A stretch of DNA of 64,000 nt from a bacterium (lineage in GTDB: Bacteria > Bacillota > Clostridia > Christensenellales > UBA3700), in contig CAVAVP010000013.1 of assembly GCA_963592135.1 (NCBI GenBank), positions 22,115 through 86,114 of the forward strand, written 5' to 3'. Within the stretch, counting starts at the first letter, position 1. Every line of letters starts with the position of its first letter. The notes beneath the pieces were generated by a model, which made no database searches, was not told where the DNA came from, and saw only the letters and a list, made by a program, of their open reading frames with translations. Shown in pieces: positions 10,379 through 19,313 of the stretch. A program made the translations under genes and the position numbers.

Positions 10379-10932
10379 ATAAATACCACCAATAATATCG
10401 CAGGAATCACAAAGGCTCTAATAATAAAAGGTTTTATTGTCGAGTCAAGTCCTTTTATTTTTTTAAAGTAAACATAACAAAATAATGCCGCCACTCCCAA
10501 CACCTTCAAAGGAGTACTTAGTATATTGATAACTAAAGGAAAATAAGACATTGTTATTCCTATAATTCCGTTATAGACACATAAAACAATAAAACATATG
10601 TCCATAGAATAATTAATTGAGCTTTTATGTAATTGGATATTAAATATTCTTAAATTCATATTTATGTTTCTTATAATCAATTTTATATATACATGGTACA
10701 ATCCAAAATAAATTAATGCCAATATTATTGGTAACATCCATTTCATTAATGAGTAATATAAAGAAAAATCTATCTCTTTAGAATACATACTTGAAAAATC
10801 ATAAAAAGGCAATAGATTATACATCTTCTCTGTAGTTGGGTATACACTAAATGCTATAGAAATAAATAATAAGATTTTAAACATTATTCCTAGTGCTTCA
10901 CTTTTTTGATTTTTTTTGCTATTTTGTTTCAT
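10375..10932 (-). CDS. Hypothetical polytopic membrane protein
   Basis: The 185-aa ORF has 5-6 hydrophobic segments and a 4-nt overlap with the downstream gene. I recognise no motif. Confidence 0.5.
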   Translation of the reverse strand: MKQNSKKNQKSEALGIMFKILLFISIAFSVYPTTEKMYNLLPFYDFSSMYSKEIDFSLYYSLMKWMLPIILALIYFGLYHVYIKLIIRNINMNLRIFNIQLHKSSINYSMDICFIVLCVYNGIIGITMSYFPLVINILSTPLKVLGVAALFCYVYFKKIKGLDSTIKPFIIRAFVIPAILLVVFI

Positions 10933-10935
10933 TAT

Positions 10936-11931
10936 TTATTCACTTTGCCCCATTATATAAGCCATTGCTAAGTTTATAGCTTCATCTACAGTAATTTTTG
11001 ACAATTTATACATATATTCTAAATTTAATAGATATTCTACTATTTTTGACAATTTAAAGATATATTTTGGATCTCTTTTTCTGTTAGATTGTATTAGTTC
11101 CCTTGTTTTTAAAATTCCATATGGTTTTTGTCTTGTTACCTTGGTTATTATATCATCAGAGGCTTTAGTTGTCGCTATTTGATACTGTTTTCTATACTCT
11201 GATGAAATTGTCCCAAAAATAAGATTAGGATCAACATCTTTTATTCTAAGGTTATTTAATATTTTTAAAGCTCCTGCATTATCTCCCATTGATAAACATC
11301 TTGTTAAATCGAAAGTTTTGTTTTCAATATTAGGAGGAGTGAGTTCTTCAACGTCCGAAAATTTAATTTCTTTTGAATCATTCCTATAAAGCATTAATTT
11401 TTTTAATTCAGAAACTACCATTCCATAATCGTTATTACATTCTCTTATAAACTTTCTTATATCAATTTGAGACATATTATATTTTCTATATTTTAAAATT
11501 ATGTTTATATAGTTACATAGTTCATCTTCAGTTGCTGGATCGCAATTTATAACTTCAATTTTTTCCTCTAATTGCTTACTTAATTTTGAAAACCCCATAA
11601 ATAAAATAAATGTATCTAAATTAGGGTTTTCTATATAATCCAAAAGAATTTCGACATCCTGTTTTTTTAATTCATAATTAATTTCCTCTACTTCTACCAT
11701 TTTCTTACTTGAAGTAAATGTAAATGTATCTGCAGTTTCTATTATTTTTAAAACTTCTTTGTTTTGATTTATATCTATAGGCAGATATGCAAAAGCTCTC
11801 TCGTCTTCAGGAATTGTTGCTAAAAAAACTTCTCTCACGAATCTTTTTAAACACTCATCCTGCCCTACGACAACATAACAAGGCTTTATTCCTTCTTTTA
11901 TTTCTTTTTTTATATTAAGAGCTTTTATCAT
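10936..11931 (-). CDS. holA: DNA polymerase III delta subunit
   Basis: The 331-aa protein starts with the pattern ...PCYVVVGQDECL typical of HolA. Its size and its position next to core genes fit. Confidence 0.7.
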   Translation of the reverse strand: MIKALNIKKEIKEGIKPCYVVVGQDECLKRFVREVFLATIPEDERAFAYLPIDINQNKEVLKIIETADTFTFTSSKKMVEVEEINYELKKQDVEILLDYIENPNLDTFILFMGFSKLSKQLEEKIEVINCDPATEDELCNYINIILKYRKYNMSQIDIRKFIRECNNDYGMVVSELKKLMLYRNDSKEIKFSDVEELTPPNIENKTFDLTRCLSMGDNAGALKILNNLRIKDVDPNLIFGTISSEYRKQYQIATTKASDDIITKVTRQKPYGILKTRELIQSNRKRDPKYIFKLSKIVEYLLNLEYMYKLSKITVDEAINLAMAYIMGQSE

Positions 11932-12476
11932 TAGAATTTATTAAATGTTCTTGTATAAACTTCCATATTATCTTTTATTGTTTGCCTAGCGACTTCTGCA
12001 TTAGAAATCTCTAAAACTTCCATTTTCTTGCCTTCCAATTGTTTATAAACGCCAAAGAAATGTTTTATTTCTTCTATTACGTGATTTGGAAGCTCTCCTA
12101 TATCTTTAAATGTATTCCACATTGGTTCTTTCATAGGGATAGCAATAATTTTAATATCTTCCTTTCCTTCATCAATCATAGAAATTTGTCCAATAGGATA
12201 ACATCTAACTAAAGATAGTGGAACTATAGGTTCAGAGCAAATTACTAGAACATCTAAAGGATCTCCATCGTCAGCATATGTTCTAGGGATGAATCCGTAA
12301 TTTGCTGGATAGTGAGTTGCTGTATATAAAATTCTATCCAAAATTAACATTCCAGTAGTTTTATCCACTTCATATTTATTTTTACTTCCCTTTGATATTT
12401 CAATACATGCGAGAAAATCTTCCGGTTTTATTCTTGACGAATCTATATCATGCCAAACTATCATTCTAGCCTCCAC
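11931..12476 (-). CDS. ppa: Inorganic pyrophosphatase, family I
   Basis: The motifs IEISKGSKNKYEVDK and YPANYGFIPRTYADDGDPLDVLV are the classic family I PPase signature. Confidence 0.9.
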   Translation of the reverse strand: MEARMIVWHDIDSSRIKPEDFLACIEISKGSKNKYEVDKTTGMLILDRILYTATHYPANYGFIPRTYADDGDPLDVLVICSEPIVPLSLVRCYPIGQISMIDEGKEDIKIIAIPMKEPMWNTFKDIGELPNHVIEEIKHFFGVYKQLEGKKMEVLEISNAEVARQTIKDNMEVYTRTFNKF

Positions 12477-12533
12477 TTATTGTTATATATAAATTATATA
12501 TTATTTTATTTTATAAATCTACTTGTAAAAATA

Positions 12534-12563
12534 TTGCAAAAACTCACAATTTAATGATAATAT
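12534..12563 (+). promoter_or_regulatory. Candidate sigma-A promoter for tRNA-Leu
   Basis: TTGCAA, an 18-nt spacer (ending TGA), then TAATAT, lying about 12 nt upstream of the tRNA 5' end. Confidence 0.4.
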
Positions 12564-12575
12564 ATAAAAGTATTA

Positions 12576-12661
12576 GGGGATGTGGTGTAATGGCAGCCGC
12601 GACAGACTCAAAATCTGTTGGTAGAAATACCGTGGGGGTTCAAGTCCCCCCATCCCCACCA
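12576..12661 (+). tRNA. tRNA-Leu (anticodon CAA), type II with a long variable arm and encoded CCA
   Basis: I hand-folded the cloverleaf. It has a 7-bp acceptor GGGGATG/CATCCCC, a 3-bp D stem, anticodon stem ACAGA/TCTGT with loop CTCAAAA, a 4-bp variable arm with a GAAA loop, T stem GGGGG/CCCCC with a TTCAAGT loop, and A73 followed by CCA. Confidence 0.9.
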
Positions 12662-12887
12662 ATTTAAAAAAGTCGACATTCTGTAGGAATTTACAGGATA
12701 TTTTTTTGTTTTATATACTCATACATATAAACATATGAGACAAAATCGAATAAAACAATGGCACTGTCTACTTTTTATATATTTTTTTGTTTAATTATAC
12801 TGCTTAAACAATAAAGGTAGCATATTTGAACTGATAATCTAAAAAACTTACACGGTTTTATATTAGCAATATTTTTTACTATACTTT

Positions 12888-13754
12888 TCAACAAAATAAA
12901 GCCATTACTATGGTAAACACAACTATAAGCACAAGTCCTATTGTAGCTTTTAGTTTTAATTTTTCCTTTAAAACTATAGTTGAGAATACAACGGTAATTA
13001 GTACACTTAGCTTATCTATTGGGACTACTACACTTAAAACACCAGCTTTAACTGCACTATAATAACAAAGCCATGAAGCACCTGTAGTTAGTCCAGACAA
13101 TAATATAAAAGCTAATTCTTTTTTATCTATAAATTTAATTTCTGAAGTTTTTTTACGAGCAAATACAATAATCCAAGCCATTATTAAAACTACAAATGTT
13201 CTTATTGCTGTTCCTAGATTTGATTCAACATTTTTTAGTCCAATTTTTGCAAATATTGAAGTAAGTGATGCAAATATAGCAGACAAAATAGCATATATAA
13301 ACCAGCTTTTCTTGCTCTCTTTTATATCAATATCCTTTTTCTCTATCATTAAAATGGTCCCAACTAATATCCCAAAAATAGATAATAATTTTAACCACAA
13401 CATATTTGTTTCTGAAAAAATTATTATTGCAAGAAGGGCTGTAATTGTAGCACTTGATTTATCTATTGGAGCAACTTTATTTACATCACCAAGTGATAAC
13501 GCTCTAAAATAACATATCCAAGAAAAACCTGTCATTAAGCCAGATAAAATTAAAAATATCCATTCTTTTATTGAAATTGTTTTTATGGATTCAAAAGAAT
13601 TCACAATAAGCGTCATTATTATTGCAAATATTAACACAACAATTGTTCTAATTGCCGTTGCTATATCTGAATCGGTATTTTTAACGCCAAGCTTAACTAA
13701 AATTGATGTTATACCTGCAAAGATTGCAGAAAATAAAGCCATTACTATCCACAT
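12888..13754 (-). CDS. EamA/DMT family transporter
   Basis: The 288-aa protein has ten hydrophobic segments arranged as two EamA-like halves (MALFSAIFAGITSILVKLG... and ILSAIFASLTSIFAKIG...). Confidence 0.75.
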   Translation of the reverse strand: MWIVMALFSAIFAGITSILVKLGVKNTDSDIATAIRTIVVLIFAIIMTLIVNSFESIKTISIKEWIFLILSGLMTGFSWICYFRALSLGDVNKVAPIDKSSATITALLAIIIFSETNMLWLKLLSIFGILVGTILMIEKKDIDIKESKKSWFIYAILSAIFASLTSIFAKIGLKNVESNLGTAIRTFVVLIMAWIIVFARKKTSEIKFIDKKELAFILLSGLTTGASWLCYYSAVKAGVLSVVVPIDKLSVLITVVFSTIVLKEKLKLKATIGLVLIVVFTIVMALFC

Positions 13755-13826
13755 GTCAAATAGATTGTATAACTATTATTTAGCTTTGTTAAATGCTTTT
13801 TTATATTAATGTTTTTTACTATAAAA

Positions 13827-14257
13827 CTAATTTTTATTAATGTCTATATTTTTAACTTTACTAACATCATTTGTTCTATTCCTTGGAAAACAAAAATCTC
13901 TTCTCTTTATTTTACATTTAGATTCGCCATCTTTCCAAAAAATTAACCCTTCAATATAATTGTTTTTTAAATATTCTCTAATACCATCAAAACTTCTCTC
14001 AACAGTTACAATCTCTGACCCATGTTTTACTAATTTGTCTTTTTCTAAATTACATGGATTTCTTTGGTAATGTGCCCTATCGCCTCATACGTTCCATATT
14101 CAAGCTTAATTCCACTCCCAAAACAACTAAAAAAATCAATGATTACGCATCCATGCATCTTTGAACAAATTTTTACAAAATATAATATGCCAGAAATAAC
14201 TAAAGGGTTTTGTATGGTAGACAATCTTGTGTATAATAACTTATCAAATACAAAATT
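13827..14257 (-). pseudogene. Truncated, frameshifted remnant of an ATP-dependent polynucleotide (RNA/DNA) ligase-like gene
   Basis: Frame A reads ...GSGIKLEYGTYEAIG and stops at 14045. The adjacent frame continues HYQRNPCNLEKDKLVKHGSEIVTVERSFDGIREYLKNNYIEGLIFWKDGESKCKIKRRDF, which has ligase motif IV EG(L/I)(I/V)F and motif V KxK. No motif I (KxDG) is present, and only about 140 codons fit between the flanking genes. Confidence 0.4.
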
Positions 14258-14334
14258 TTATTACACAGAAAGAATAGGTGAAAATAGGAAAATGTGTAAC
14301 TCTTTTGAAAGAATTAAACAAATCGCTAAAAAGT

Positions 14335-15396
14335 CTAACCAGTTATTAATTCCTTGTTAAATTTTGAATAGAACTTTTCTTTTATCTTTTTAAAATATTT
14401 ACTTACTTTTTTCGAAAACAAACAAATAAAATTAAATACAGCAAGCAATAAATATATAATATCAAAATATATAATATTATTATTTCCTATTATTTCATCT
14501 GTACATAGAACATTTATAATTGGAAAATATCTTACATAAATATCAGGTGTGGCACATGCTGGCAATATATAATAACTCGCCAATATATATCCAAGTACCA
14601 TAATTGCAATAAATACAACAAATGGAACCCAATCTTTTTTAAATATTTTCTTCAATAGGGTTGTAAATGAACTCACAAACAAAATTAGCGGAATTATTGC
14701 TAATTGTTTAATTAAATAAAATTTTAATATTGACACCACTAATGCTTTCCCCGAGTTATACTGAAATACCATTATATTATCACTTCCTATGGATAAAATA
14801 ACACCAGTGATGTTAATAATTATATAAATAATAAAAGCCCCTATAATTTTTATTAAAAAATCAGAAAGTTCTACTGCTTTTATATTAACATTTGACATTA
14901 AAATATTCTTTTTTTGTTTTTCATTAACTATAACACTTGTAAATAAAATAACTACCCCAAGCAAAAAGATTATATTTGAAAAATATTGCCACATCATAAG
15001 TCTTAAGGCACTTTTAAACTGGGGTTCAATTACACCCATAATTTCTTCGTTTAAATTATAAAAATCTTCATAAGACTTTTTAAGTTCAATACATTTAAAA
15101 TAAAAACTTAACTTCCTTTTATCACTCCAAATATACGCCTTATCGTCAAAAGACTCTGCACTTAACTCTTCGTCTTTTATGGCTTCCTCTAAATGTTCAA
15201 CACTATCTATATAAAAATTCTCATCATAAGGAAAACGATTTGATTGCATAGTTGTATTATGATTTCCAACAAAAACACTAACTCCTATTATCACTGCAAA
15301 CACAACACAAATAATAATAGTATTTATAGCAAATTCCTTTTTGTTATGTAATATTTTATATAACTGAAAATTAAAACATTTTTTAAGTTCTATCAT
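14335..15396 (-). CDS. ABC-2-type transporter permease-like membrane protein
   Basis: The 353-aa protein has one N-terminal TM, a roughly 100-aa extracytoplasmic loop, then a cluster of 5 TM segments. It overlaps the upstream gene by 14 nt. Confidence 0.55.
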   Translation of the reverse strand: MIELKKCFNFQLYKILHNKKEFAINTIIICVVFAVIIGVSVFVGNHNTTMQSNRFPYDENFYIDSVEHLEEAIKDEELSAESFDDKAYIWSDKRKLSFYFKCIELKKSYEDFYNLNEEIMGVIEPQFKSALRLMMWQYFSNIIFLLGVVILFTSVIVNEKQKKNILMSNVNIKAVELSDFLIKIIGAFIIYIIINITGVILSIGSDNIMVFQYNSGKALVVSILKFYLIKQLAIIPLILFVSSFTTLLKKIFKKDWVPFVVFIAIMVLGYILASYYILPACATPDIYVRYFPIINVLCTDEIIGNNNIIYFDIIYLLLAVFNFICLFSKKVSKYFKKIKEKFYSKFNKELITG

Positions 15397-16363
15397 AATA
15401 GTCCCTTTTTTCGAAATATTTTTCAGACAATATCATTATAACAATACAACTTAAAAAATGATAATTTAAACTTATTACGCTATTTTTTGTTATCCCTAAA
15501 ATGTTTTTACATAATGAAATAATTGGCAGCAAGACATTATAATTTGGGAAAAGTTCTGAAACTAATATAATTACTGTTAATAGTAACGTGCATATTATTA
15601 ATGTTTTCTTATTATTCATTATTCCTGCAACTAAAACGTTTAAGGAATAGACAAATATTGCTAAAACAAATCTCCCAAGCATTGCCCAACTATATATATT
15701 CACTATGTTTTTTATTATATAATCTCCACTTTTACCATGTAGTATTTTATCTGTATTTTTTATTCCACCTATAATCCATCCTATAAGAAAACATATCATA
15801 AACATCAATGTTATAAAAAAAATCCCAAATAGATAATTTGTGTAAAAAAAATTCTTTTTAGATACTCCTGAACTTAATATGTTTTTTATATTTTTTTTAT
15901 AAAAATCTCCAAATAAAAATAATCCCATAAAAACTCCACAAAGAAATAAAAAAGTCCCCGATGAACTTATTGAATAAAGCATTAATGTTGATGCCTTATA
16001 ATCACTTGTGTAGTTGTAGAGTATTGAAGTTGACCAATCTAATTCATAAAAATCACTACATACATAATTATTCTCTATCAAATAATCATATAATTGAATT
16101 TTTCTAATCGAAAATTCCACTCCCTCCTTGTCTTCTGTATAATGCTCTACAACATATTCATAGAGTTCTCTTTGTGTCTTCATGTTTTCTATTTCTTCGT
16201 CTCTTGAAATCTCATTTGGCGAAAATTCTGCATTTAAAGAAGTATATACAAAACCCACAATACACAACATTATTATTAAAGTAAAAATAATAATTTGTTT
16301 TGTTTTTACAAAGATATAAGCATTGTATTTTAATAAACTCAAGAATTTATTATTGCGCATCAA
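15383..16363 (-). CDS. ABC-2-type transporter permease-like membrane protein
   Basis: The 326-aa protein has the same topology as its neighbour. The real start is probably the ATG at 16360, giving an 11-nt overlap with the ATPase gene. Confidence 0.55.
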   Translation of the reverse strand: MMRNNKFLSLLKYNAYIFVKTKQIIIFTLIIMLCIVGFVYTSLNAEFSPNEISRDEEIENMKTQRELYEYVVEHYTEDKEGVEFSIRKIQLYDYLIENNYVCSDFYELDWSTSILYNYTSDYKASTLMLYSISSSGTFLFLCGVFMGLFLFGDFYKKNIKNILSSGVSKKNFFYTNYLFGIFFITLMFMICFLIGWIIGGIKNTDKILHGKSGDYIIKNIVNIYSWAMLGRFVLAIFVYSLNVLVAGIMNNKKTLIICTLLLTVIILVSELFPNYNVLLPIISLCKNILGITKNSVISLNYHFLSCIVIMILSEKYFEKRDYYDRT

Positions 16364-17036
16364 TATCCTCTAATATATTACTTAAATATAGCTGATCCAA
16401 TTTTTTATCACACAAATTCTTATCTGAATAAATGATAGTTCCTTTATTTAATATATATATTGAATTGCATAATTTAGATATTTCTCCAATAACATGACTT
16501 GAAATCAAAACAGAGCCACCATTGCTTACAAACGATTTTATAATATTTTCAAACTCTACAACAGCCCTATAGTCTATTCCGTTAAAGGGTTCATCTAAAA
16601 CTAAGACCTTTGGTTTCCCTATTAATGCATACGCAAAATATAATCTTTGTTTCATGCCAAATGAATAATTTTTATATTTTTTATTTGCATGATTTTTTAA
16701 TCCCATCATGGCTATTAACAAATCCACATCGTTATCATTTACATTATCAAACAATTTAGAAAGTGCTATCAGATTTTCTCTTCCTGTTAAATCATCATAA
16801 AAACAAGGATATTCAATCATATATCCTATCTTTGCATCATTTGTAGTAAACTCTCCAGAGGTTTGAAAAATTAATCCGCAAATTATTTTCATAAGTGTAC
16901 TTTTACCTGAGCCGTTTGGGCCTAATAGTGCACATATTTCACCCTCTTTTAATTCAATTGAAACATTATATAAAGCTATCTTGCCCTTATATTTTTTAGT
17001 TAAATTATTTGTTGTTATAATATTTTCATTATTCAT
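16350..17036 (-). CDS. ABC transporter ATP-binding protein
   Basis: It has Walker A GPNGSGKST, the signature-like SFGMKQRL and Walker B VLVLDEP. The likely start is ATG 17036, overlapping the upstream stop by 8 nt (ATGAATAA). Confidence 0.9.
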   Translation of the reverse strand: MNNENIITTNNLTKKYKGKIALYNVSIELKEGEICALLGPNGSGKSTLMKIICGLIFQTSGEFTTNDAKIGYMIEYPCFYDDLTGRENLIALSKLFDNVNDNDVDLLIAMMGLKNHANKKYKNYSFGMKQRLYFAYALIGKPKVLVLDEPFNGIDYRAVVEFENIIKSFVSNGGSVLISSHVIGEISKLCNSIYILNKGTIIYSDKNLCDKKLDQLYLSNILEDIDAQ

Positions 17037-17700
17037 AAGTATCAAAACAATATTGTATTCTTACATGATGATGAACTAAAACTGTTTCTTTTAATTCATA
17101 AATAACTACAATTTGAACATGTCTTCCTGCGGGAAAACTAATTGTTGTATTTGCTATATCTATATAACTCCATGTCACATTGGACATGCTTGTATAATTT
17201 AAAGGCGCGCTTCTATATAATATTTTGCCATTTCCAACCTTTGTATTATTTCTTTTAATTTTTATATGCTCGTCCAAATACCCTAATTTCATACCATCAT
17301 TGGATAATGAATATGTCCCATTTATTGGAATTATATTTTTAAGTTCCACATTTACTGCCCCGTTTGCGTTATAATTTGCAGTTAAAAGAGAGTGTAAATT
17401 ATTATTTCCTTGATGTTGTAATTGAATTTTTTCACCTGTTTCATCAGTTGCATAAGCTAAAACTTTTGCATAATTATAAACCACTGATGAATCCCGTGAA
17501 CAATAATTAGTATTATTATCTAGTATTGTATAATTTTCGTCGCAATGTCCAGCAACTATAGGGACTGTTTCCCATATTGGTTGAATATTTTCTAATTCTT
17601 CTCCATACACAAAATCACTTGGGCATGTCATATCAAAAATCACTAAAGTTATATTCAATAAGCATATAATTGAAAAATATTTATTTTTAAAAATAACCAT
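17029..17700 (-). CDS. Hypothetical secreted or membrane-anchored protein
   Basis: The 223-aa protein has an N-terminal signal anchor (FSIICLLNITLVIF), and its N/T/Y-rich composition suggests a beta-rich fold. I recognise no motif. Confidence 0.5.
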   Translation of the reverse strand: MVIFKNKYFSIICLLNITLVIFDMTCPSDFVYGEELENIQPIWETVPIVAGHCDENYTILDNNTNYCSRDSSVVYNYAKVLAYATDETGEKIQLQHQGNNNLHSLLTANYNANGAVNVELKNIIPINGTYSLSNDGMKLGYLDEHIKIKRNNTKVGNGKILYRSAPLNYTSMSNVTWSYIDIANTTISFPAGRHVQIVVIYELKETVLVHHHVRIQYCFDTYE

Positions 17701-18796
17701 TCTTTTTTCTATAATTCATGTTTAACGATTTCATGATAGCTTCATATTCTTCATCAATTAATTCATCTTCTGATTTTTTCTTTTGAGGTGGTTTCATTTT
17801 AGATTTTTTAAATTGCATAGAAATGGCACTTGGCACTTCGTCTTCAAGTTCCTCTTCATCTAATTCTTCTAAAGGAACGCCATATTTTGCCATTCTTGCT
17901 TCTCTATCTTTTTTTATTTTTTCATCAACTTCAACTTCATAAGGCTTAACCTTTTTCTTTATTGAAGCTGTCTCTGTTTTAGATTTTTTTTCATTATTAC
18001 TTTCTTCAATAGAAAGTTTTTGTTCTTTTAAAACTTTATTCTTTTCTTGATTTTTTTCTTGTCTTATTCTTTCCTTTTCCTCTGCTTCTCTTTTTGCTTT
18101 AATTGCTGTGTCTTCATTATATAAACCTGCTTTAATATCTATGATTAAAGCGCCTAATTCATTTGTCATTTTTTTAGCTTCTCTTGTTGGACTTAAAGAA
18201 ACCTTACCAATTAAAGAATTATCCTTAGTTCCAGAATATGTTCTCATACTATCTCTAAGTTTACCCGTTGAATCAGTTGTAAAACTTAAACCTTTATCAA
18301 AATCAAGAGAAGTACCTATTAATAACTCTAACCTTTTTCCAATTCTTGGTTTAAATTTTTTTGCTTTTTTGAAATTGCTTATTCCAAAAGATAATAAAAC
18401 AATAGCAATTACAACAAAAATCAGATTTAAAAGAGGAATGTTTAATCCAAACAAACTAAACATATCAAAAACACTCGTTACCCCTACAACACCAAGTATT
18501 ACCGATAGTATTGAGCATACTATAAATAAAATACCCTTTCGCATACAATTGTTTGCAAAAGTTGGGTCCTCTTCTTCTTCATAATAATGAGATTTAACAA
18601 AAGTTATTTGGTCTATTGGGATTTCTTTCCTTGAAACTTCAAAATTATTCATATATTCTAAAACCAATCTTTTATTGGTTAATATCATTGAAGTTCCATC
18701 AACATTGTTTGTTCTTGCAGAAGCGCCGCAAAGAAAATATGATCTAATTTCATATTCATCTTTTGCTAATAATAAATCCATTTCTGCTTGTCTCAT
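17687..18796 (-). CDS. Membrane protein with an N-terminal bacterial PH-like domain and a Lys/Glu-rich C-terminal tail
   Basis: The 369-aa protein has the N-terminal block SMILTNKRLVLEY...IPIDQITFV (a bPH/GRAM-like pattern), then 2 TM segments, a cytoplasmic domain and a long low-complexity K/E region. Confidence 0.45.
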   Translation of the reverse strand: MRQAEMDLLLAKDEYEIRSYFLCGASARTNNVDGTSMILTNKRLVLEYMNNFEVSRKEIPIDQITFVKSHYYEEEEDPTFANNCMRKGILFIVCSILSVILGVVGVTSVFDMFSLFGLNIPLLNLIFVVIAIVLLSFGISNFKKAKKFKPRIGKRLELLIGTSLDFDKGLSFTTDSTGKLRDSMRTYSGTKDNSLIGKVSLSPTREAKKMTNELGALIIDIKAGLYNEDTAIKAKREAEEKERIRQEKNQEKNKVLKEQKLSIEESNNEKKSKTETASIKKKVKPYEVEVDEKIKKDREARMAKYGVPLEELDEEELEDEVPSAISMQFKKSKMKPPQKKKSEDELIDEEYEAIMKSLNMNYRKKNGYF

Positions 18797-18882
18797 AAAT
18801 AACCCCTTGTTCAGTTTTATTATATTAAAATAAAATATATAAAGTCAATATGGGATTTTTATGGCAGTGTACACCGCAAAAT

Positions 18883-18910
18883 AAAAAAAAGACTTGTCTT
18901 TCAACAAGTC
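18883..18910 (-). terminator. Intrinsic terminator of rpsT
   Basis: On the minus strand the stem GACTTGT/ACAAGTC with a 6-nt loop is followed by T8. Confidence 0.75.
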
Positions 18911-18933
18911 CAGTTTATTCATATAAAACAAAA

Positions 18934-19200
18934 CTAAGCTTTAATCTTGTTTAATTGCTTTGTTATTCTAGAAATTTTTCTACTAGCTGTATTGTCTTTA
19001 TAGATACCATCATATCTTGCTTTATCGATAATAGAAATAGTCTCTGTTAATAACTTTTCAGCTGATGTAACATCCTTAGCTTCAATAGCAGCTTCATATG
19101 CTTTAATAGCAGCACGAACTTTAGCTCTTTTTGCTTTGTTTAGATCATTAGCCTTTTGATTTGTAATAACTCTTTTCTTTTGAGACTTAATATTTGGCAT
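18934..19200 (-). CDS. rpsT: 30S ribosomal protein S20
   Basis: The protein MPNIKSQKKRVITNQKANDLNKAKRAKVR... starts at ATG 19200, preceded by GGAGGA. Confidence 0.9.
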   Translation of the reverse strand: MPNIKSQKKRVITNQKANDLNKAKRAKVRAAIKAYEAAIEAKDVTSAEKLLTETISIIDKARYDGIYKDNTASRKISRITKQLNKIKA

Positions 19201-19236
19201 AACATCCTCCACTATTTTTATAATTTTTGCTTAATA

Positions 19237-19265
19237 AATATATCATAAGAAAATATATTATGCAA
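19237..19265 (-). promoter_or_regulatory. Candidate promoter of rpsT
   Basis: The minus strand reads TTGCAT, a 17-nt spacer (ending TGA), then TATATT. Confidence 0.5.
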
Positions 19266-19313
19266 ACAATTTTAACCTTTTTTATTTATTTTTCAGTTAT
19301 ATTGTCTTTTTAA

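Noticed and set aside
12576-12661. A long-variable-arm tRNA containing TCA in its anticodon loop might be tRNA-Sec.
   Set aside because: Folding gives a 5-bp anticodon stem ACAGA/TCTGT with the 7-nt loop CTCAAAA. Positions 34-36 are therefore CAA (Leu), not UCA. The acceptor stem is 7 bp and the T stem 5 bp, which is the standard type II Leu architecture.
14064-14360. The 98-aa plus-strand ORF between the EamA gene and the permease operon.
   Set aside because: It has no SD and no recognisable motifs. The opposite strand shows ligase-like motifs, so this ORF is most likely an antisense shadow of the pseudogene.
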